64,000 nt of DNA from Patescibacteria group bacterium (GCA_041737595.1 JBGSRK010000010.1:126244-190243), one strand, 5' to 3'. Shown: positions 1 through 10,336, numbered from the stretch's first letter. Numbers and translations: made by a program. Notes: a model not told the origin generated them from the letters alone.

Positions 1-1
1 A

Positions 2-709
2 AAAACTATTAAAGATCTTTCTGATAAGAATAGCCAGTTAAAGTTATATGTAGTCGGTGGCAAAAACCCGTTTGTGAAGGATGAACAATTTATTAAGAAA
101 TATAAGGATACAGTTAACCTAGCTAAGAAGATGGGTCTTTTGGATAAAAACATATTTTTTAAGGATTGGATTTCTTACGAAGATAGAGAGTCCTGGTATA
201 ACACGGCCGATATAATAATTAATTTACATAATCCTGGCAGTGAGTCAATGTATGCATGGAGAACAAGGGTAGTCGACTTCATTTGGGCTGGAAGACCAAT
301 AATATCTAGCGGAGGAGACGAACTAAGCTCTATGATGGAGAAAAAAGATGCTGCTTATATCCTCAAAAGTAACACAGAAGAAGAGATTTCAAAAGCTATA
401 TTAAAGGTTAAAGATGACAAGAAATATAGAGAGAAAATAATAAATAACCTGAAAGAAATGCAAAAAAGCTTGTACTGGGAAAATACAACAAAAGAGTTGT
501 CTAGATTTATAAATAATCCTCAAATTGCAAAGGATCGTGACTTCTTTTTAAAGAACCATATAAATTTTAGTCCCCTAGAAAAAACTCATCACAATTCCAA
601 AGAAAATAGGAAATATAACCAGCTTTCCAGGGCTGTTTTTATCTATAAATCTGAGGGCTTAAAGTCTTTATTGAAAAGAACCAGAAATTATCTAGGAAAG
701 TTTTTTTAA
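2..709 (+). CDS. Glycosyltransferase (GT-B/GT4-like), 5'-truncated by the window edge
   Basis: Frame is open from position 2; C-terminal GT-B lobe features (ADIIINLH...RTRVVDFIWAGRPIISSGG); polysaccharide-locus context. Confidence 0.75.
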   Translation, partial: KTIKDLSDKNSQLKLYVVGGKNPFVKDEQFIKKYKDTVNLAKKMGLLDKNIFFKDWISYEDRESWYNTADIIINLHNPGSESMYAWRTRVVDFIWAGRPIISSGGDELSSMMEKKDAAYILKSNTEEEISKAILKVKDDKKYREKIINNLKEMQKSLYWENTTKELSRFINNPQIAKDRDFFLKNHINFSPLEKTHHNSKENRKYNQLSRAVFIYKSEGLKSLLKRTRNYLGKFF

Positions 710-2071
710 ATAAAGATTCTCAATTTGGCTTGAGTATTCTTTTATAGATTTTGGAGGTTTTATTCTTCTCTGAAATTTGTTAATATTCTCTGGATCATTT
801 GAGAAATATGACATAGCCCTCTCTAAATCCCCCGTCTTATCAGGGTTAAAGATTAAGCCATCTACATTATTTTTGACCCTTTCGGGCATTCCACCTCTAT
901 TAGAAATAATTACAGGTTTACCAAATGTATGAGCTTCATCTACAACTAACCCATAAATCTCATTCCATAACGATGGGACTACTACTACGTCTATCTTGTT
1001 CATTATTTTTGCTATATCAGTCGGTTTATATATACCACCATATTCAATTGAACTGATTTTACTTACTTCACTTAATGCCTCTCTAATTTTATTGTCTTTT
1101 TCGTCATATGAGCCATATATCTTTAAAGCGACATCTTTGTTTTTGTCTGATAAACTCTTAAATTCATTTAATAACAGGTAAAAACCCTTATCTTTTGTTA
1201 TGTGAGAGATAAAACCAAAGTTAACTTTTTCTCCTTTATGAATTTTTATTGCATTATCATTTAACTTAATCCCATGTTCTATATATTGTATCTTTTTAAA
1301 ATTTATACCAAAATTAGTAGCTTCATTTTTTAAGTAATTTGAAGGAGATATTATTACATCGGCCATATTATAATATTCTTTAAATAAATTATTCCTTACT
1401 GATATCTCTTTTGGATCAATGTGCTTTTCAAGATCTCCGGCAATACTTTTTTTCTTTAATAGGTCAAAATTCCTTAAAAACCTAATAAATGCATCAGAAA
1501 TTGGCTTAATTATTGGTAATCTTCTAAATACTACATATGTTTTATATGCTAATGATTTTAATCTATACTTAAAACTTTTATCTCTAGGTTGCATAAGTCT
1601 CATACAATCTTCACAATCGTGTAGTATATTTTTGTTTTTAAAATTACAGTTTTTATCATGTTTGTAACCACGTATATACGGACATTTAAACCACATATCA
1701 TGTAATGTTAAGAATAGAGGGATATTTTTTCCCTTTACTATAGAAATAAAATCTAGGGAAAAGTTGATAAGATGTTGAATATGTATAATATCTGGCTTAA
1801 CTTCATCGATTACTTTTTTAAATTCATTATTAAAATAATCATTTTTATAAGTTTCTTGTGGGATTAATTTTTCGCGAGAATCAAAAACCTTAATAATATT
1901 TATTCCATCCTCTTTGTATGTTATTCTTTGCCTTTCTTCTTTGCTCTTAGCTTTTGTAAAAATATATAATTCATGTTTTTTTGCTAATTCAAAAGCTAAA
2001 TCATGGGTATGATTTTCAACTCCAGCCCTATGTTCTGGCCAATAATCATGTATAACAAATAATATTTTCAT
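692..2071 (-). CDS. Glycosyltransferase family 4
   Basis: MKILFVIHDYWP..AGVE, PDIIHIQH, TLHD, DVVVVPSLWNEIYGLVVDEA..GKPVI (E-x7-E motif). Confidence 0.9.
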   Translation of the reverse strand: MKILFVIHDYWPEHRAGVENHTHDLAFELAKKHELYIFTKAKSKEERQRITYKEDGINIIKVFDSREKLIPQETYKNDYFNNEFKKVIDEVKPDIIHIQHLINFSLDFISIVKGKNIPLFLTLHDMWFKCPYIRGYKHDKNCNFKNKNILHDCEDCMRLMQPRDKSFKYRLKSLAYKTYVVFRRLPIIKPISDAFIRFLRNFDLLKKKSIAGDLEKHIDPKEISVRNNLFKEYYNMADVIISPSNYLKNEATNFGINFKKIQYIEHGIKLNDNAIKIHKGEKVNFGFISHITKDKGFYLLLNEFKSLSDKNKDVALKIYGSYDEKDNKIREALSEVSKISSIEYGGIYKPTDIAKIMNKIDVVVVPSLWNEIYGLVVDEAHTFGKPVIISNRGGMPERVKNNVDGLIFNPDKTGDLERAMSYFSNDPENINKFQRRIKPPKSIKEYSSQIENLYLKKLS

Positions 2072-2072
2072 T

Positions 2073-3245
2073 TTAAAATATTTTTTTTAATTTTTCCGTT
2101 AATAACTCAAAAAAACATTTTTTTTTCTTCATTTGAATTATTAGATCTCTTGAAGATTGTAATTCTTTATGAGCGACTTCCAATGATTTTTCAAGATTTT
2201 TTATATGTTTATCTTCTTCTATTAATTTAGAAAAATTATTTTCATATTTTTTAGTAATATTCAATAAATATTGGAATTCACATAATAACTCTCCGGATGA
2301 TATTTTTGATTTTTTAAATCCATCTTTTATCACTGATCCATATAAATTAATTAATTTATTAATATTGTTATCTAAACCATGATCTTGATGAATTGATTTA
2401 TAAATAAGTTTTGGATTGTTATTATTATATTTTTTTATTTCTTTAATTAAATCATTTTCTGTATATTTAAGCCTATATTTACGACCAGAAAAATTATTAT
2501 ATCTAATTTTATTGAAATTATTAATTGTAACCAAACCATCAGCTCCAAAAATATCATATACTATTACATTTCTATTACATGCGAGTGATTCTAATACCCC
2601 CCTACCCAAAGTTATTATTATATCTGAATTATTAATTTGCTCAACTATATTTTCTTTAACATTATTAGGTAGACCAACATGTTGGTATTTAATATTAATT
2701 TTTTTACATGCTGCTTTAATAACTTTTTCAACATTTAAATCTAGATGATTACTTAAAACTAAAACTTTTTTTGGAATTTTATTCCCAATTGAGGTTGGTT
2801 TAAATCTTTTAAGATCCACTGAATTATAGATTTTTATTATATTACTTTTTGGAATTTTATATTTATTTTTATAATGATTTTCTATTTCATCACTTGTAAC
2901 AATATATTTAGAAATACCAAGATTAACTGAAGGAGGTTGTTCTATTTCAGGGATAAAGCCGTGTGACATAAATACCATTGGAGTATTTGGAAAATAAGAT
3001 CGTGCCATAATTGCTGTAATATTATGTTGAGAATGAATTATATCTATTTTTACTTTTTTAAAATTATCTAAATTATCTGTAATTTCAATATTATATTTTT
3101 TTAAACTATAACTTAAATCACCTATAATTGGTGAATATATAAAAACATTATTCCCCTTTTTACTTAGATTAATTGCTAAATCTCTTGTAAAAATTTCACT
3201 TCCAGAAAGAGTGGAAAATTTTTGCACTGTAATTAATATATTCAT
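2073..3245 (-). CDS. Glycosyltransferase (GT4-like) with C-terminal coiled-coil-like tail
   Basis: MNILIT..SGSEIF, DIIHSQH, NSVDLKRF, GRGVLESLAC; heptad-like tail KHIKNLEKSLEVAHKELQSSRDL. Confidence 0.75.
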   Translation of the reverse strand: MNILITVQKFSTLSGSEIFTRDLAINLSKKGNNVFIYSPIIGDLSYSLKKYNIEITDNLDNFKKVKIDIIHSQHNITAIMARSYFPNTPMVFMSHGFIPEIEQPPSVNLGISKYIVTSDEIENHYKNKYKIPKSNIIKIYNSVDLKRFKPTSIGNKIPKKVLVLSNHLDLNVEKVIKAACKKINIKYQHVGLPNNVKENIVEQINNSDIIITLGRGVLESLACNRNVIVYDIFGADGLVTINNFNKIRYNNFSGRKYRLKYTENDLIKEIKKYNNNNPKLIYKSIHQDHGLDNNINKLINLYGSVIKDGFKKSKISSGELLCEFQYLLNITKKYENNFSKLIEEDKHIKNLEKSLEVAHKELQSSRDLIIQMKKKKCFFELLTEKLKKIF

Positions 3246-5221
3246 TTCTTCGGATGTATTTTAATTGAATTATCTATTGCTGATTCCCAAGGATATAATG
3301 TTCTATTAAAATCTGATTTAAGATGGACTGCCTTACCTTTTCTATTCAACCATTTAGTAGAATACATGGGGAAATTATTGGCATAATAATCACAAGTATC
3401 TTCCCATTGTTTAATAGATATTGATTTGCCATAATGTTGTGAGAAAAATTTTGTAATAATTTTACCATCAACAAAAGGTTCCCTTGCATCAATACCGGAA
3501 AATTTTACGCTTGGGTTATTCCGCCAAATCATTAGAATATCTCTTCTTTCTGGGCCAAAATATTGTCTAAAATTTAATAGTTTTCCATTTCTATATGGGG
3601 ATTTATCGTTGGTTGTTATATAAGCATCAAATAGACTAATACGAATACCATTAATATCTAAAGACTCTTTACTTAATAAATATTTTTTTATATCACCAAT
3701 AAAACGCTCATCTGCATCAAAATAAAAGAACCATTTTGGGTTGTATTTTCTACCTGCTTCTAATAATAATTGACGGCTTTCTGTTTCTTCTACTGCTCTA
3801 TCCTTTTTCCATATTTTATTATTTATCACTTCTATAACTTTTGGATGAGAATAAACTTTATCTAGGGTATCATCCGTACTAGCATCATTTAATACAATAA
3901 TTTTATCTACAAATTTACTAACATGATCAATTGTATCCTGTATTATTAAACTTTCATTCCTAACTCTAGTTAGCCCAATTATTTCAATATTATCATGCCA
4001 AAAACTACCTGACGAAATTATAGCTGGAGTTTTTGTAATGTTCTGTATATAAAATTTATGAGATTTAAACTTTTCAAAATATACTTCATCACTTTTCAAA
4101 TCTCTAATACTAATTGATATTTGATAAATTCCAGTTTTAATGCTCGGTATCGAAATTTTAAAATAAAATTTTTTAGTGTCAAATAATTCATCAATCATTC
4201 TTATAGAATCAGCAATAATAAGATTATTCTTTTCGTCGTAAAGTCCAACTCCTAATAACAATCTTGATCGGATATTAACATCTGATTCCCCATAATCAAC
4301 CTTTCCGCTTGCAATAATATCATCTCCAACAAGAAATTCCTGAGTTTTTTCATTTTTGCTATTTTTAAATTCTAAATTATTAACGCTTACGGTTGATTTT
4401 TTATCATTTTTATTTTTTTCAGGTAAAATATTTAAAATGTTATATTTATGCACAGCTTCCTTAGGACTTCCAATAAATGAAATTTTACCTTTATCAAGCA
4501 ATAAAACACGATCACAAAATTCTTCAATATTACCCATTGAGTGACTAACAAAAACAACTGTTTTACCATTTTGTTTTAATTCTCTAAATTTATCAAAACA
4601 TTTTTGTTGAAAATTATAATCACCAACAGCTAAAACCTCATCTATTAATACTATATCTGCATGAGCCTGAACAGCAACAGAAAAAGCTAATCTAACTTGC
4701 ATACCTGAAGAAAAGTTCTTTAATTTATGATCAACAAATTCTTCTAACTCAGCAAATTCAATTATCTCATTAAATTTTGTATCAATTTCTTTTCTAGTAA
4801 GGCCAAGTATTGTACCATTTAAATAAACATTATCATGTGCCGAAAGTTCGGGATTAAAACCAACACCTAGTTCTAAAAATGGAGATAATCGACCCTTAAT
4901 GCTTATCTTACCGCTATTAGGTTGGTATATTTTTGCTAACATCTTTAACATTGTAGATTTACCAGAACCATTTCTCCCAATAATTCCAAAGAACTCCCCC
5001 TCATTAATATTAAAAGAAATATCTTCAGCAACCTTTAATTCTGTATACTTATTGCGTTTAAATAAGTTAAAAATAAATGATTTTAATGTTTTTCTTTGTT
5101 CATGTGGAATCTTAAAAATTTTAGATACATGGGAAACACTAATCGAAAGATTTTTATTATTAACATCTTTTTTAACTATGTCCTCTTTTTTTTGTTTATA
5201 ACTAAAAATATTAAAAAACAT
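3242..5221 (-). CDS. wzt: Polysaccharide ABC exporter ATPase (Wzt) with Wzt_C-like domain and fused C-terminal GT2-like glycosyltransferase
   Basis: Walker A GRNGSGKST, FSSGMQVRLAF, DEVLAVGD, VSHS; C-terminal RVRNE..DASTD..FDADE GT-A motifs. Confidence 0.9.
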   Translation of the reverse strand: MFFNIFSYKQKKEDIVKKDVNNKNLSISVSHVSKIFKIPHEQRKTLKSFIFNLFKRNKYTELKVAEDISFNINEGEFFGIIGRNGSGKSTMLKMLAKIYQPNSGKISIKGRLSPFLELGVGFNPELSAHDNVYLNGTILGLTRKEIDTKFNEIIEFAELEEFVDHKLKNFSSGMQVRLAFSVAVQAHADIVLIDEVLAVGDYNFQQKCFDKFRELKQNGKTVVFVSHSMGNIEEFCDRVLLLDKGKISFIGSPKEAVHKYNILNILPEKNKNDKKSTVSVNNLEFKNSKNEKTQEFLVGDDIIASGKVDYGESDVNIRSRLLLGVGLYDEKNNLIIADSIRMIDELFDTKKFYFKISIPSIKTGIYQISISIRDLKSDEVYFEKFKSHKFYIQNITKTPAIISSGSFWHDNIEIIGLTRVRNESLIIQDTIDHVSKFVDKIIVLNDASTDDTLDKVYSHPKVIEVINNKIWKKDRAVEETESRQLLLEAGRKYNPKWFFYFDADERFIGDIKKYLLSKESLDINGIRISLFDAYITTNDKSPYRNGKLLNFRQYFGPERRDILMIWRNNPSVKFSGIDAREPFVDGKIITKFFSQHYGKSISIKQWEDTCDYYANNFPMYSTKWLNRKGKAVHLKSDFNRTLYPWESAIDNSIKIHPKK

Positions 5222-6024
5222 TAAACATCCTCTGCAAAACTATTAGACATTTTATTAAAAATAATATAACCAATAATAAATGTTATTAAAACTATAATCA
5301 TAGGCAACCAGCTAAAGCACCAAAAATCGTTTGTAGTTAAAGTAGCGCCCTCCCCAATTAATATTATTCTCATATCAGAAATTACCTGTGCTAAAGGTGA
5401 AAGCATTTGAAATTTAGCATATTTAATTGGCACTAAACTAAGTGGATAAATAATTGGAGTAGCATAAAATAATATTTGATTTAATACTTCCCAAATATGG
5501 CCCAAGTCTCTAAATTTAACAAAAATAGAAGAAAGTGCCAAACCAACACCTAAAATAAATAAATATAACTCGAAAATATATAAAAGAATAAATAATACAC
5601 CAAAGTTGAAATTAACACCGTTAATAATTGCAAAAACAAAAACAGCAAACATATTTAAAACAAAAGTAAGTAATGCTGTAAAAGTTGATGAAATAACTAA
5701 AATTATTCTAGGGAAATATACTTTTCTAATTAAATCACCTTTTGAAGTAATGGACTGCATAGCTGCAGATGTTGCTTCGGCCCAAAACCCAAATGTTACA
5801 ACACCTAATAATAAATATATTGGGTAATGGGGGATTGAATCCCCTAATTTAAAAACACTAGTAAATACAACATATAAAACCATGAAATATGCCAAAGGTT
5901 TGCCTAGTGACCAAAAATAACCAAGGATTGATCTCTCATACTTTAGTTTAAAGTCTGTAAAAGAAAGTTCTTTAATTAGTTCCCAATAATTATGGTTAGT
6001 ATTAAATTTATTATTATTTTTCAT
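5221..6024 (-). CDS. wzm: Polysaccharide ABC exporter permease (Wzm); ORF could start upstream at 6063
   Basis: DFKLKYERSILGYFWS, LIRKVYFPR, FRDLGHIW, FYATPIIYP; about 6 TM helices; stop overlaps the wzt start. Confidence 0.92.
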   Translation of the reverse strand: MKNNNKFNTNHNYWELIKELSFTDFKLKYERSILGYFWSLGKPLAYFMVLYVVFTSVFKLGDSIPHYPIYLLLGVVTFGFWAEATSAAMQSITSKGDLIRKVYFPRIILVISSTFTALLTFVLNMFAVFVFAIINGVNFNFGVLFILLYIFELYLFILGVGLALSSIFVKFRDLGHIWEVLNQILFYATPIIYPLSLVPIKYAKFQMLSPLAQVISDMRIILIGEGATLTTNDFWCFSWLPMIIVLITFIIGYIIFNKMSNSFAEDV

Positions 6025-6063
6025 TAACTTCAATATACTATCAAATTTGATTATAAAAATCAA

Positions 6064-8223
6064 TTAATAGATTATAGGTCCAAGAAAAAGAGAATTAAGT
6101 GCATTATTAGAAATTGGAACTATATTACCCCATTTATATAATGGATCATAAACACTATGTTCATTAAAAGTTTGTGCACTAAAAACTGGCATTTTAGAAC
6201 CTGACCCAATAACATAAACTGAACCATTATTTGAACCAAGTCTAGTTAGACGATTTGGAGAAGGATAATTTAAAAGAAAGGTATTATTTTTAGTATAAAA
6301 AATATTTATCCATGCAAACCCCCAATTATAAAAAGTATCTACATCAACGATTGGCCTTTTACCATCATCATCCATAAAATAAACCGAACCGCCATACGAA
6401 TAGGTTACCAAACGTGGAAAAGTAATAAGTGCTCCTTTTGTCATTAAATTATAGGTATTTGCTGAAATTTTTTTAATATCACCCCATCCTAAACCCCAAT
6501 TATCTTTAAATATATTAAAAGTGTCTGAGTCATTAATTGGTCTTAATTTACCTTCTTGGGCCAAATAAACACTCCCAGTGTACAAAGCTAATTGAGTTAG
6601 TGGTTCTCCAGTTGGATATGTGTTAATAGTTGATAATGGTGCCCAATATACATTATCCCAATTAAAACCCCAATTATTGAATATACTACTATTTATAATT
6701 GGTCTCTTGTAGCCATTTTCAATATAAAAAACACCACCAAGATTATATGATCCAATAAGATAGTCTTCAAAATTAACATTAAAAGTAACTGAATTTGCGT
6801 CGTGGCTATTTTGGGTAATTCTTATTTTATTCGCAGAATCATAAAACTCTCCTCCATCAGTAAGGGCAATATCTGACCAATTATTTGCTGGAGTCATATC
6901 TAAAAGATATGTGTCAAAAGGAACAGGCGGATTATAATAAGGAGTATTAAAATAATCGGTATAAATTCTCCCAATAAGTCCCCTCGTAACCCCGGTGGGA
7001 AGATTAATGTCAAACCCTGTCGGTTGGCGATATTCAAACCAATAATAATCACTGGTGTTTGGTTTGGCGATTTTTAAAGCATGGTATCCCATTGTCGAGC
7101 TTTCCAAATCATCAATCGTATATGTCCCCGACGTAGTAATGGTTCTCACCTTACCGTCCGGGACCCAACCTGCTTTATTTTTCCAGGCTGCATTCATATG
7201 AAAAACATTTGTCCAGCTACCGTTGCCACCCATAACATCATATGCATCCTCATATCCTGTTGCCCCAGGCGTGCAAGAGGCATAAGCAACGATTGTTGAT
7301 GCTCCGCAGTCTAAATTGCTTGAATGACCAGCACCGAAATTGTGCCCTAATTCATGAGAATAAACAAACCGGTCATTGTTTCCATTGTACCAAGTTTCGT
7401 CCCCGGAGACTTCTCCTAAACCTGCCCAACTACACGACAAATTGTATGGGAAAATATACATAAATTTGGCATAGCTTGCTAAATTATATCCAGCATCTGT
7501 TGCGGCAGTGCGAGCAGCAACAGTCCATTGATCTAATAGATTCCCAACTCCATAATATGAACATCCGACACCACTACTAAAAGGAATCGTGAGCCAACTT
7601 GACGTAACATTAGTAACGGTGCCATTTATTGATACTTCTCCATTAGAAGCTTGTTTATAATAACTATTTGCCGAATCGGCATTTGAAAAAATCTGACCAG
7701 TAATTAGTGCCTGAGTAAAAGGCGCTGCTGATGGGTCATTTTCCCAATTAAAAGTAATTGCAAGAACATCTTGCTGGCCGGTAATTTCTCTAACTGGTGG
7801 AATTAGAGTTTTGACTGTTTCAGCAACAAATAAACCATCTATTTGATAACCTTCAACATTAACAGTTGAACCTGATTCTGCCATTTTCGTATCTTTTAAA
7901 CCATAAAGATCAAATTTATTATTATCAGTTTCTAAAATAGTTATTTCAGTACTAGTATTCTCAGATGAAGCAATTAATCTTTTCACTTCTCCTTTTATAC
8001 TTATCTTGGGAATATCTTTAAAATCATCTTTTATGAGCGCTTTTGAATCTGTTTGTATTTTTTTAATTAAACTTTTTTTATCAGAAATATGGGTGTACGT
8101 TTTTTGTTTATCTGGATTATTTATTTTAAATTGTAATTGATTATTAACATCAATAGAATTTGGACTACCCCAAAACAAGACTAAAGCAAAAACAAACAAT
8201 AGAAGATGTAATATTTTCTTCAT
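6064..8223 (-). CDS. Secreted zinc metalloprotease (M11 gametolysin/M6-like) with 4 C-terminal aromatic surface repeats
   Basis: Signal peptide; metzincin motif HELGHNFGAGH; YEDAYDVMG Met-turn; repeats GxVYx4GxKRPIx5FxxWGFxW. Confidence 0.8.
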   Translation of the reverse strand: MKKILHLLLFVFALVLFWGSPNSIDVNNQLQFKINNPDKQKTYTHISDKKSLIKKIQTDSKALIKDDFKDIPKISIKGEVKRLIASSENTSTEITILETDNNKFDLYGLKDTKMAESGSTVNVEGYQIDGLFVAETVKTLIPPVREITGQQDVLAITFNWENDPSAAPFTQALITGQIFSNADSANSYYKQASNGEVSINGTVTNVTSSWLTIPFSSGVGCSYYGVGNLLDQWTVAARTAATDAGYNLASYAKFMYIFPYNLSCSWAGLGEVSGDETWYNGNNDRFVYSHELGHNFGAGHSSNLDCGASTIVAYASCTPGATGYEDAYDVMGGNGSWTNVFHMNAAWKNKAGWVPDGKVRTITTSGTYTIDDLESSTMGYHALKIAKPNTSDYYWFEYRQPTGFDINLPTGVTRGLIGRIYTDYFNTPYYNPPVPFDTYLLDMTPANNWSDIALTDGGEFYDSANKIRITQNSHDANSVTFNVNFEDYLIGSYNLGGVFYIENGYKRPIINSSIFNNWGFNWDNVYWAPLSTINTYPTGEPLTQLALYTGSVYLAQEGKLRPINDSDTFNIFKDNWGLGWGDIKKISANTYNLMTKGALITFPRLVTYSYGGSVYFMDDDGKRPIVDVDTFYNWGFAWINIFYTKNNTFLLNYPSPNRLTRLGSNNGSVYVIGSGSKMPVFSAQTFNEHSVYDPLYKWGNIVPISNNALNSLFLGPIIY
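6464..6640. repeat. 177-bp direct repeat, copy 1 (copy 2 at 8673..8849; 2 mismatches)
   Basis: Aligned by eye from GAAATTTTTTTAATATCACCCCATCC to GTGTTAATAGTTGATAATGGT. Confidence 0.92.
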
Positions 8224-8244
8224 TGTATTTATTATAACAAAATA

Positions 8245-8277
8245 ATTAGTATTTTATTTTAAAAATAAAATACTAAT
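8245..8277. repeat. Perfect AT-rich inverted repeat (16-bp arms, 1-nt spacer) between two surface-protein genes
   Basis: ATTAGTATTTTATTTT-A-AAAATAAAATACTAAT. Confidence 0.7.
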
Positions 8278-10336
8278 AAATAATTTCTCCCAATTGTAAT
8301 AAAGAGAGTGGATAATCAGAAATTGGTACAACATCTTCCCAGCGATATAATGGATCAAATGTACTGTGGTTAATAAACGATTGAGCACTTGAAATTGGTC
8401 TTTTTGTTTTATTTTCAATGAGATAAATTGACCCACGGTTAGAAACTAATCTAGTTAAGCGATTAGGGGAGGGGTAATTTAAAAGAAAGTTATTATTTTT
8501 AGTATAAAAAATATTATTCCAAATAAACCCAAAATTATTAAAAGTATCAATACTGTTAATTGGTCTTTTGCCATCGATATCCATAAAAAAAACTGAACCA
8601 CCATATGAATAGGTAACTATTCTAGGAAAATATATTTTCACACCGACATTATAATAATTAAATAGATCAGTAGAAATTTTTTTAATATCACCCCATCCTA
8701 AGCCCCAATTATCTTTAAATATATTAAAAGTGTCTGAGTCATTAATTGGTCTTAATTTACCTTCTTGGGCCAAATAAACACTCCCAGAGTACAAAGCTAA
8801 TTGAGTTAGTGGTTCTCCAGTTGGATATGTGTTAATAGTTGATAATGGTAAATTTGTATAATTATTTGGATACCCCCATGAATTATTTATTTCAATTTTA
8901 TTTGCGGGTCTTTTTTCTCCACCATCAATCAAATAGTAACCATTTAGACCTTTTGTAGATACCCAAGGATTAACATTTGACCCTATAGATAAAAAATTAA
9001 TAGAACTATCATCTAATATTGTAATATTATAATCTTCAAGTTTTAATATAGCTATTAGTTGGTCGGAAATTAATTTTTTATTTCCATCATCAATAATATA
9101 TTTTAAACCACTACTACCCTTAACTATAAATGAAGAAAAATTATTCCCTAATATAAAATTAATATCACTTGAAATATCAGTAATTTTTATTTTAGGATAA
9201 CCTAATTGTGAAATTAATTCTGGGTTTGTGATATATCTCAATATCCCGTTATCCATAAAATAAAATTTACCGCTTTCTGGCTTTCTTATTATTTGTGATA
9301 ATGACCCAATATCGTTTAACGTATATGAATTAATTGTATTAAGAATAATAATATCATCCCAATTAAACCCCCATAAATTAAATTGTTCTGGACTTACTAT
9401 ACCAAGTCTTGACCCTCTATCTATAAAATAAACATGACCATTAATATTTATTAGCTTTGTTAAATTAACTAAACTTGTTGTATAACTATTAAAACTTTCT
9501 TCTGTAATATAATAAATTTTTCTTGTATTAAATCCCCAACTATTAAAAATATTTGCTGGAATTGGATATTTTTTATTATTATCGACTAGATATACTCCCG
9601 TAGGGTTGTTTTCATTAACAATCAAATATGGGCCATCAGAATTAACAGTGCTAAAAAAATTTGTAAAAATTAGATAAAACGATGTTTGGATATGTGGCGT
9701 ATATCTATACAAGGCTGCGGTTGGTCCATTTTTAATAATAAATGTTTGGCCATCAATTGTTATCGGATAATCAACCCAGTATTTAGTAGTACCAAAATCA
9801 TTATATTCACTATGAGAAATTGCATAATCAGACCACTTTTTTAGTCCAAAAGAACCCCATGCGACCTGCATTGAAAACCCCTTATAAACAGATAAAGTAA
9901 TGCCACTTTCTAAATAGCCATAACCCATAGCTCCGTCTAATGAACTTTGCCCATTAAGTAACACTGAATTAGTAATTAAACTTTGTTCTTTTTGAAGTGT
10001 TACAAGAATTACTTTTGGGCTAAGACCATTCCAAATTGCACAATTATATATAATTTTTGATGCAGACCAACCCTTAACATTAACCGAGGGGCCTATATAT
10101 ACATCATTCGGCTCAGTATAATTTTTAAGATAACTATTTTTTTCAACTAAAAATGACTGAATTTCAGCTTCATTCATAGAATATCTATTATAATATACCC
10201 CTTCATCAATAACTAAACTATTATCAAGGGCTGCCAATACTTCACTGGGGTTAAAAATAAGAAACAAACATGAAACAAAAAACATTAACCCTAGGATAAT
10301 TAGTTTTGAATTAAATTTAAAGATAGTTAATTTCAT
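8273..10336 (-). CDS. Secreted surface protein: N-terminal putative lysozyme-like domain plus about 8 aromatic surface repeats
   Basis: Signal/TM segment; SPKVILVTLQKEQSLIT, AMGYG, TAALYRYTPH motifs; same repeat family as 6064..8223. Confidence 0.6.
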   Translation of the reverse strand: MKLTIFKFNSKLIILGLMFFVSCLFLIFNPSEVLAALDNSLVIDEGVYYNRYSMNEAEIQSFLVEKNSYLKNYTEPNDVYIGPSVNVKGWSASKIIYNCAIWNGLSPKVILVTLQKEQSLITNSVLLNGQSSLDGAMGYGYLESGITLSVYKGFSMQVAWGSFGLKKWSDYAISHSEYNDFGTTKYWVDYPITIDGQTFIIKNGPTAALYRYTPHIQTSFYLIFTNFFSTVNSDGPYLIVNENNPTGVYLVDNNKKYPIPANIFNSWGFNTRKIYYITEESFNSYTTSLVNLTKLININGHVYFIDRGSRLGIVSPEQFNLWGFNWDDIIILNTINSYTLNDIGSLSQIIRKPESGKFYFMDNGILRYITNPELISQLGYPKIKITDISSDINFILGNNFSSFIVKGSSGLKYIIDDGNKKLISDQLIAILKLEDYNITILDDSSINFLSIGSNVNPWVSTKGLNGYYLIDGGEKRPANKIEINNSWGYPNNYTNLPLSTINTYPTGEPLTQLALYSGSVYLAQEGKLRPINDSDTFNIFKDNWGLGWGDIKKISTDLFNYYNVGVKIYFPRIVTYSYGGSVFFMDIDGKRPINSIDTFNNFGFIWNNIFYTKNNNFLLNYPSPNRLTRLVSNRGSIYLIENKTKRPISSAQSFINHSTFDPLYRWEDVVPISDYPLSLLQLGEIIY
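8673..8849. repeat. 177-bp direct repeat, copy 2
   Basis: Matches 6464..6640 except at 2 positions. Confidence 0.92.

Noticed and set aside
6464-8849. DGR template/variable repeat pair
   Set aside because: Both copies are coding, there are only 2 differences, and no reverse transcriptase is in the window.
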